64,000 bases of DNA from the NCBI GenBank assembly GCA_040954595.2, contig CM082595.2, forward strand, positions 1,015,690 to 1,079,689, in the 5' to 3' direction. The stretch is from Balanoglossus misakiensis (Eukaryota > Animalia > Hemichordata). Below are positions 54,901 through 64,000 of the stretch, in pieces (the first letter of the stretch is position 1; the number at the start of each line of letters is the position of its first letter). The notes under the pieces were generated by a model that saw only the letters and a list, made by a program, of their open reading frames with translations, ran no database searches and was not told the origin of the DNA. The position numbers and the translations under genes were made by a program.

Positions 54901-57900
54901 CAGAGACAGCGTAGCAACCAATAACTCGCCGCCATTTTCATTCTCAAATCGACTCAATACCTGAGCGATGAGTCTACAGGACAGAAGAGAGAAAAGAAGA
55001 ATCCAGATAAGAATTTCTTGTCATAATAAACATCATCTTCAGTTTACTTCAGTGTATGTATATAATCAAAACTTCCATACTTACTCTAACAACCCATCGG
55101 CTAAACTATCGATCTTCTCAGTGACTGTGTCATAATCACCGTGGACTCTCAACTCTTCACATGCTATTGACAGCCACAATGGATTCTGGGAAGACTCTTT
55201 GGCTAAAAGCGTTTGATACTGTTGGGCATCTAACTTCTTGTTATACTGTCCTAACATCTCTTTCACAATTTCCTAAAAATAATATCATGTAAGAATTGTT
55301 TTATAATCAGTATCCATCTTCCTGGTTACAAGTAGTATTCCAAGCTTTTTCAGCAAATGTTTGCTACCAGTAACATTCAGTTGTTATTGCCAGTTGACAG
55401 TAATTTTCTACAATCATAAGCCAAAGTTAACTGGAGTATTCTTCGGTAGTACATCTAGTGAACAGATAAGTTCAGAAATTTGAAAGCAAAAATTACTTAC
55501 CCTTCTAGATTCCATGTCTAATGGAGTAACTTCAACTTCCAATGGCATCTTGGGTCTCTCCTTCAAGATTTTATGAGGAGGCGTTTCATTGATCATTGAA
55601 AACAAAACCCGGATTTGCGGAGCCAGCTTTCTGGGAAGCCAACTGAGAACATTAGCTTGTTTCTCATCATCAAACTGAAAAGAAAATGGAGTTGGATTAT
55701 TTTAACCCTTTCATCACCATGGTTCAGTCCAAACCCCTTGTTTTCTTTGGTGAGGTTGGACCTCTAGAGAGGGAACTGGGGGTGAAGGGGTTAAAGGTAA
55801 GTGTGAGATAGAGACCCTATCTTGAGTTCATATTCAGAGCAGTGAATAAACTGACCTGATTGGCCGCATCCACAATAATGATGACAGGTTTTGTGTTTGG
55901 ATTGGACAACACACCACTTGTCAACTGAGCTGCTGTCTCATAATCTTTCGGCATATTTGCATCCTGAACAGAGATAACAAAAAACATCAACCTGAAGAAA
56001 AACACTCATCAAAAGTACAATAGTGAACATACTTATTTCTCTATATTTATCAAGAAAGGTCCAAGTGCTGCTATATGTACTTTCCTGATTTTATTTTCAC
56101 AGCAAAGTCCACGCAGATGAAGGGATGAACACAACAGCAACCTCAAACTCTGATAAACACTTACTGTACAGATTTTCATTTCTTTGAGAAACCTTTTCAA
56201 CATCTTCTCCAAATCAGTCGAACCAGGGATTGCACCAACAAAGTGATAGAAGATGTACCAACCATGGTCGCCACCACTATGTCACAAAGAAAATATCACA
56301 ACAGATGAATGCCTCAATTTATCTGTCTGTCTGTATCCAACGTTATATGACCATCTTGGCCTGATAAAATTACCAGCAGAGGCCGACTGAGTGTTGACTT
56401 AGCTGTCAAAATGCTAGGGGGTATGAAAATGACACTGTTTGCTACTGACTAGGCACTGTTAGGTTTAAAGGTCCATTAGCTGTAACTTTTCACTGAGTGT
56501 TCAGGTTTGAACACTCAAACTCACCCTGGTATTTCGCCCTTAATTGCCTGTGTGACAGCAACATCTGCAGCTCGGGCCATGATTGAAGATTTGCCCATTC
56601 CCGGACTGCCCAGCAACACTAGTGAGATATCATTCGCTGGACTTATCACATAGTCACTGAGCTGGAATATCAATAATATGGCATATGGTAAATGTGGAAA
56701 TATTATATTGCAATCATACCTATCCAGACTAAATGTGCAGAGGTCAAATATAGTGTTTAAAAGGCCAGTTGCGAAAACAAACAGTGACAAAACAATACAG
56801 CACAGCACAACACAACACAGACAATCAACAAAACACACAACAACATTATCAAGTCAATGAAAGACAGATATACGGCAAAAAAAGAGGAAGTGATGTCAGG
56901 TTATGTTTTATAAAATAATTGAAAGGGTCTTCATGAAAACTTGTGTTACCTGTCGCAGGATGTCTGTTCGTCCAAGGACTGTCGTTGACCTTCTCTTCAT
57001 GAACGATTCGTGTGCCTCTCTTTCATGTTCATAAGGGTCAAGTTCAATGTCTTCAAGTGGATACTGTGCTGCAATTCTCTTCTTAAAGAACTCCAATACC
57101 TATAAAATCATAAAATATCAATGATAGAAGTGGGATGGCAGGAAGGAGTTTTTTCACAGAAATCTATCAGTATTATGGAAGAGAAAAAATGAAACTTGCA
57201 CATCACCTTTTTGGTAAAGTCTTTATCTAAACCATTCAGTCTGGGTTTATTGGTCTCTTCATCAACACAATCAAATTCACATTTGTATTTGAAACATCGG
57301 TCTCCCTGTAAGAAAAGAGTAACTTTAGTCTTGTTTGTTAAAGGTAGGATGCAACACACACATTAAATATAGCAATGAATTGATGGGATTGGAGAACTGT
57401 CATTTTTCTGAAAATCTGTTCCTGATGCGCGTACTGCCTTAGTAAAATACACATGCATGTACTGAAATGCAGAGAGAACTTTTTCCTAGACATCACATCA
57501 ATCTTCACATACCTTGAATCTATTTTGTAACATGGTTTTTAAAATTTTTAATTTCTCAGGAGCTATTGGATTCGCATCGACGAAATTTTCTTTTTTTAGC
57601 TCATCCGGGATTCTTTCTAAAAAGCTGGATTCTCTCATAGCAAACAAGGCTGCAATTGAAACATAGAGATACATAGATGATGGATGAGACATCTTTGGCC
57701 TGTGGCTGGAGCAGAGACTAACAGTTTGAATATCATGCAGTTCATCCCCAAATAAATACATGCATTATAGTTTCAATGACGAATAAAGAGTGACTTACAG
57801 TTGGGATTGTCATTGCGATATGCCCCATGCATAATTTCCATTTCTGTAACAGACAAACCATTGACCCATTTATATTTCTTGCCTAACGTTGAGGGCACTG

Positions 57901-58943
57901 CTTCTTGTAACGGGATCCAGCCGCATCGCTCACTGCAAGAAAGATACCCTGTTTTAACCCTTTCACCACCATGGTTCAGTCCAACCCCATTATTCCTATG
58001 GTAAAGTTGGACCTCTAAAGATGGAACTGGGGGTGAAAGGTTTAAATAGAGACTCTCTCAATTTTGAACAGAAAATTCACAATAATTATATTTTCTTCTC
58101 TGAAGTCCAATACTGTTTGGTTAAATGGAAACAAAACAGAACGTCTGTCGTGTTTCACCAATCAAGGATGCCACTTTAATTCTGTCAGAATACCTGGTCA
58201 TATTTAAGAAGAAAGGATATGTGTTGTCTTGGTAACATCTATCAATTTCCTCCAGACATGTACGTAATGTTTCTTCATCAGTGGAATCTTTAGGAACACC
58301 CTAAAATGGAAAGAAAGAAAATGATTTACCTATGAGTACACGTGGCTCAGTTGTGAAAAAATGTGTTTACTTCAACATACTTTTCAGAAATGAAATCATC
58401 ACAAATTTTCACAAAAACTTGGAAAAGTAAGGTGAAGGTCACTGCTCACCCAACGAAGGTCACAATCAACCAGATGGAGTCTTCTTCCTTCACACCATTG
58501 CCTCAGGTCAGGAAATACCTTTAAAATAAAGAAATTCAATTTAATATCCAATCATGTACTTGGGGGATGGGTGACATCTAATGCCATCACATGTACAGTA
58601 GTTTTATTCAGTGTGTATAAGTTTATCCACAGCCCCTTATGAGTTTTAATTTTTGACAGATGGTGATAAGTTGACTGGAGAACTAAGTTTCTTACGCCTG
58701 TTCTTCAAAAGCTTCTAAGAATGATCATCAATGCGTGCAACTGACCTGTTTGACAAGAACTTCCCTTTCTGTGTGGAAATCTTTAAATGTTGATGACACA
58801 AAGATTCGAACAGTCTTCCAGCCAGAGCGCCTGACAACCAGATTTTGAGATTTTCCTGTCTTCTTGACTGTTACAGTTCTCTGCACTTCATCCCACATTT
58901 GTTCCACTTCAGCCTTATAATTCCTTGATGCTCCACAACCCAT
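51925..58943 (-). CDS. DUF4062-NACHT-TPR protein (TEP1/NPHP3/TTC41-related), multi-exon
   Basis: MGCGAS start; VRIFVSSTFKDFHTEREVL...DLRWGVP (DUF4062); Walker A GSPGMGKS (~56587-56610); Walker B VIIIVDA; NPLWL..AC.ELR; TPR-like helical exons; acidic tail ending DEDEY* at 51925. Confidence 0.85.
55702..55794. mobile_element. ~90-bp piggyBac-like MITE, full length
   Basis: TTAA-CCCTTTCA...GGTGAAGGGG-TTAA. Confidence 0.8.
57954..58045. mobile_element. ~90-bp piggyBac-like MITE, full length
   Basis: TTAA-CCCTTTCACCACCATGG...GGGGGTGAAAGGT-TTAA. Confidence 0.8.
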
Positions 58944-59416
58944 CTTGGTGTTTTCCAGGAATTCTTCAGTGTTCAATCATGCAACTAGAACAAAGAAAAC
59001 TGAGTATTTGGGGATGCTATAGAGTGGAGGACAAGAAATTGCTACGTTGATAAAAAAAAACTGTTAACGGCTAAAAGTTACAGATATTGGTCTTGTAACA
59101 TTCCTTGTCATCTGATGCCCGTTATATCCCCTCTCTCCGCAAAGCTATCCGGCCAAGTTATAAATAATTATTAATAGTAATAGCTAGTGATGCTATAGAC
59201 CAGTGGCGAGGTCCCCTCCCTTATATGCCACGCCCCCTTCTGAGTTGGTGGGAGGGGTCACAAGATGATAAGGCCCTGATATCAATAACCAGGAAGTAGG
59301 CACCACTTATGCAAACTGTACAATAATTACTGTGGGTGGGTGGGTGGTGGTGCAGTCATACCAGAAGGACATGTGGCCACTTTCGCAATACTGTGCTAAA
59401 TCGACAACTGTCCCTT

Positions 59417-59430
59417 GTTGCCACGGCAAT
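59417..59430. promoter_or_regulatory. X-box-like motif near the 5' end of the NACHT-TPR gene
   Basis: GTTGCCACGGCAAT. Confidence 0.45.
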
Positions 59431-60475
59431 ACTCTGAGATTCACAGAAGCGAAAACGAAACTGCATCGTGAGCCAAGTTAGTGACGTGCGATTTTTAAGA
59501 TCTCAAGCCATTGGTCAGTGTATTTATAGTACAACGTAGCTTTAACATATGCAAGAAGCCGCTTATTCACCTTTCTTGGCGAATCTCAGATGAGATTTAC
59601 CCGATTTCTCAGCTACCAGCTCTTCATGAACCCGAAATGTGAGATTGACCTAGCTCCACACTGTTGTTGACATCAACATGGCGATGGTGACCTCAGGAGA
59701 AAATTTGCATCACAATGCATCACGACGTAACGTAAGTCAAAAGTGATAATGGTCAGCAACTGCATGTTTTGGTTCTTTTAAAACTCAAATACTAGTGGTC
59801 TTTATCACATTCGTCGTTTTATATAATATATATTTTATCCTGACTCGTTGGGTTTAGATGAAAGACAAATCTCGCGATATGCGCGACACTTCACATGAGA
59901 AAACACAAGCAAAGTGATGATCGCCGTCGATGGCGCTAATTGAATACAACCTTTAACCCGAGTGTTTTAGATTTGATGAATGTTTCTGTGGTTTAGATCT
60001 CTTCATTGATGTATTCTGACTGCAAACAATAACAAAGCGTTTATTTGCATTTACAGCCATTTATCATTATATATCACGAAATATTTATAATATTAAATAG
60101 ATTGAATGGTGTGTGTCATACGCCATAGGCGAACGAGGCTCTAATTCAATATGGCATCTTAGAAAGTGAATGAACGTAGTCAATGAGGTTAGGATACCGT
60201 AGAATTGTGCTACAGTCTTTATTCTGTCTGCCACATTAATTGGAAAAGGAAATAGTGAGCATACATTTCATCTGAAACGGTAAGGATCTGACGATGTCCT
60301 AATATCATGTCACCTTTTTGTTAAAACGCCATACCGATAATGATCAAGTGATCACCGATTACATGATCATGATCATGGATGACGTGATATCTATTTTAAT
60401 AATCTGAGTGATGACTGATGATTCTTGACCTGTAAAACACCACTGGTTCAGTGTTTACATGTGTCGTACTGTAAC

Positions 60476-60697
60476 GGCTCTAACCCCTGCCAGCTCCCGT
60501 ACGAACAGTCCGATTTTCATACTCGGGCCAGCCCTGCTGAAATCGAACACAAGGGATAGGACCTAAGAGAGGGCGGGTCCTGGATTGATGAGGTACGGTT
60601 CCGAGACGCTTGTGTTGTAGATCCCGGCCCGGCTGTGGGTGGTACTGCAGTTGCCAGTAGTACAAGCACTTATCACACCTCATTGAGCTGAGGTAAA
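60476..60697. mobile_element. 222-bp GC-richer structured insertion flanked by a 10-bp direct repeat (putative TSD)
   Basis: GTACTGTAAC at 60466-60475 and 60698-60707, with several nested inverted repeats inside. Confidence 0.6.
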
Positions 60698-60979
60698 GTA
60701 CTGTAACTAGGTTGATTCTTGAAGGACGCTCCTTCTGGCCAGATCTCTAGTGGTTGATCCACCATTCACTGATTGTCCATTTCACTAGTACTTCCTCCAA
60801 GCATGGAGCTACCATAGGTTACTTCTGTGGTCAACTGGCTGTTGCATTATGTCATTTGATAATATTCTGAGAATTAACGGAGTCTTTTAAACCGGTTTCT
60901 TCATACTTCCTCATACAAGTAAACATGACTATGTTATTTCTAAGAAAACTTACAGTGTACTCAGTGAATCACATTTATT

Positions 60980-61042
60980 TTAAGCCTTTCACTACAATGG
61001 TTTGGTCCAACACAGTTGTTTTGTATTGTCAAGTTTGACCTT
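60980..61042. mobile_element. Degenerate partial copy of the piggyBac-like MITE
   Basis: TTAAGCCTTTCACTACAATGGTTTGGTCCAA...GACC. Confidence 0.5.
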
Positions 61043-61396
61043 CATGATGTACTTTGTATCACGTTGCGGTTCCATTGTTGTTTTGATTAGTATACCTATG
61101 TTAGGGTAGTCCCTGGATTGATGTAACATCAGGACGAAGTTGAAATGTGGACACATCATTTAACAAGGCCCTGGCCATGGCTAAAATAATCCCTGTTCAG
61201 AATAGATTCGGTCAGCGTCCACTGTTGATTTACCCTGACTCAGGGCAAACACAAGTTATTTACAGCCCTTTATGACCTCTGACCTATCAAAACTGAAAAT
61301 GGCTGACTTGACGAACGACAGCATTCGGTTTCTATAGCTCAAAGGTTAAGTTAGGCAAGTACTAAGTGTAAATTTTATGCCGACAGATTTTTCACC

Positions 61397-63998
61397 ATGG
61401 AGAAGCATCATAGAGAAATTCTAAGACAGAATCGTGTCAGACTATCAGAAGATATGGTACCAAAGTTTGTGTATCCAACATTGATAGAGAGAATGATTTA
61501 CAAACCAATAATGATTGAAGACATTGAGGTAAGAGAACAGTATATACATGTATTATTCTTCATACCTCAGCCATTTGCCTTAAAAGGGTAGTGTTACTAC
61601 ATTATTGGCTGATTTCTCTTTTTAAATGAAAGTATGGTTTACCGAGGTGGAAATAATGATTTATTTGCATCTGTTTTCCCATCAGGCTAAAGGATCCAGA
61701 TTTAATCAAAACTGCGAATTGTTGAATACCCTTGAAAGCAGAGGAAGGAATGCATTCGCCGCTTTTGTAGATGGACTGATAGAATCCGGACAGACTGATC
61801 TGGCTGAGTTGTTACGACCGACAGGTCCTATTCGAGAACCTGTGTTCCCAACAGCACCACAGCAACCTATGCAGACTGAACACAACAATGTTCGGAGAAG
61901 TAAGTCTTTATGTTGACCACGTACATATATACCCTTTTGATAAGTGTAGCGCCCTCATGCAGCCATCATGAATTTGAAAAGGGTGCTAGACTTATGAAAA
62001 GGGTGTATGAGCAGTGATGATGTAAATATGTTTTGCAACAGGCGAGACGAACTAACAGCCAGTCAAGACATGTACAATTTCAAAAATTCTAAAGGAAAGT
62101 GTTTTGTTGTGGAAAGAAGGATGTCACTAACTGTTGTAGGGCTATGTTTGATTGGCTGGTATCAGACATTCTTTTTTCTTCCACGTAGATGTATGGCCAC
62201 AGCCCGGAACTCCTGCTGTCTTCACAAACATGCATGTTGTTGGTTCACCGTCTACAGAACAAACAGATTCAGATGAAGTGAGTAAAGATCTTTGCATCCA
62301 TGATTTTCTGAACACCACATAATACTCAAACCACTATCTTTTCTTATATGAAAATTAAAAAATTATATTTGTCTTGCTCATATGTAGGAACAATGGATAA
62401 AAATCACATTGTCATTCTCTCACATTTTCAGATTTACAGGATGAAGTCGAAACCGAGAGGCCTGGCTTTCATTCTCAACAACAAAGTTTTCACAAATGGA
62501 ATGAAGAGACGAGAAGGATCTGACATTGACTGTAAAAATTTACAACATGTTTTCAAAGAGATGGGATTTGAAAATTATGTGAAGTATGACTTAACAGGCA
62601 AGGTATGGTGACTTTCCAAATAATATTTCTGAAGGGTTAACACAGGGTTTGTAGACTCTGGAAGGAAACTGGAACATACAACTCATGTTTTCCATTTTTA
62701 TTTTGCAGGAAGTACTTGCTGCTTTACATCAATTTGCACAAATTGATCATTCAAAGTACGACTGTTGCATCATTTCAATTCTGAGTCATGGCATTCATGG
62801 TTCAATCTATGGCACTGATGGAGACCTGATCAAGATTGAAGACATCACAAGCAAGTTCAATGGTAGCAATTGTCCAAGTCTCCTTCGTAAACCAAAGTTA
62901 TTTTTCTTACAAGCGTGCAGAGGAGGTATGTGATAAGTGTGTTACTTTGGCTGAAGGTTATATAAGTCATTGGGTTGAGATAGTATTTCTGAGATTTTTA
63001 GAAACATAATTATGTGAACAATATAAACACAGCTCATTTTAATCCAAAAATATTATTTTTGTACAGAGTCATTCGACAGAGGTGTTAAGGGAGACGCAGT
63101 GGATGCTGCCCGGAATATTCCACTTCCGGAGTCCAATCAGGGAAGGATGGAAGTAGAAGCTGAGGCTGCATTGACCACGGAACAAGAAGAAGAACTGGCA
63201 CAAGAAATGCTGAGACACGAATTGGATGACACAGACGCCTTTGCTACTCAACAGACAGTACCTAATGAAAGTGATATGCTCTTGGCTTATGCCACTGTAC
63301 CAGGTACAATCACTCACTGATTTTTCTAAAGTTAACCTGAGAGAGTTCTTGATCCAAGAGAGAAGCAGAGTGATGTGTAATACTTGATGTGATTGGTCCA
63401 CATGGTTTTGAGCTTTGCACTGAAGCATACACACAGCCAATAGGGATTGTTCACACAAGGCTGCTTTACATTTTATGCATTGCTATACTAAACATAACCT
63501 CTTGTTTCATTCAATCTGTCTGTGTTTCCTCATCAGGTTATGTGTCTTGGAGGAATTCCGAGAGAGGCAGTTGGTTTATCCAGGCAATTACAGAAGTCTT
63601 CCTTGCAAAGGCGTCCTCTGAAGATCTCCTCTCCATGATGACCATGGTGCGTGGTCCTATTATACATCTCTTTTGAGAATTATTTCAAATACAATGTATT
63701 TATCCCAACTGAACTTTTCACATTATCTCCAACTCACAACCCACCAATCATGGCAAATCAACTTAAACTATAGCTCAGATATCCATAACAAAAATGACGT
63801 GAATTCGTGATTGCTTTCAAAGTAACTTTGACCTGTCTCATCTTCATCCTTTTACAAATCACATTTTCTTGTTCATTTCAGGTCAACAACAAAGTTGCTA
63901 TAGCTTTTGAATCATCGTCAGGACGATGTAAACAAATGCCGGCACCTGTTACCATGCTCACCAAGAAGCTTTACTTCTTCCCAGGAAAATTTCCATAA
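61397..63998 (+). CDS. CARD-containing initiator caspase (caspase-9/2-like), 8 exons
   Basis: CARD (MEKHHREILRQNRVRL...LLNTLESRGRNAFAAFVDGL); YRMKSKPRG; ILSHG; KPKLFFLQACRG; GYVSWRNSERGSWFIQ; KQMP...LTKKLYF. Exons approximately 61397-61528, 61686-61899, 62189-62277, 62432-62602, 62709-62926, 63068-63303, 63537-63646, 63882-63998. Confidence 0.93.
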
Positions 63999-64000
63999 TG

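Noticed and set aside
60478-60490. CTAACCC as a telomerase RNA template next to a TEP1-like gene
   Set aside because: Only a partial repeat (CTAACCCCT, not CTAACCCTAA), no pseudoknot or H/ACA domain seen, and it lies inside a TSD-flanked insert.
62042-62094. Possible extra caspase exon
   Set aside because: It introduces an in-frame TAA in the required phase; 62189-62277 joins the flanking exons cleanly.

Overview
AT-rich, intron-rich animal genomic DNA with GT-AG introns. Gene content and style suggest a marine invertebrate, possibly a deuterostome (inference only). Left to right: two adjacent hairpin-containing tandem arrays (243-bp x9; 87-91-bp x15) followed by a promoter-like block; NPHP4 (minus, ~22 kb) with a putative duplicated alternative first exon in intron 1; PIGP head-to-head with NPHP4; AP2M1; an intronless RING-B-box-coiled-coil-NHL TRIM gene; an intronless PrRP/NPY-type GPCR; two ACOT7-like thioesterase paralogs flanking a spliced YqcI/YcgG-like gene; a tRNA-Phe(GAA) gene; a DUF4062-NACHT-TPR (TEP1/NPHP3-like) gene; and a CARD-caspase. 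The most striking item is the tRNA-Phe. It carries a 31-nt insertion in the T-loop (position 58/59) whose ends fit archaeal-style bulge-helix-bulge cleavage geometry and which preserves the B-box. Other leads: the animal YqcI/YcgG-like heme enzyme, the hairpin arrays, the NPHP4 alternative N-terminus with PxIxIT-like motifs, and a 222-bp TSD-flanked structured insertion with a degenerate hammerhead-like core. All exon boundaries and foldings were read by eye; no searches were run.
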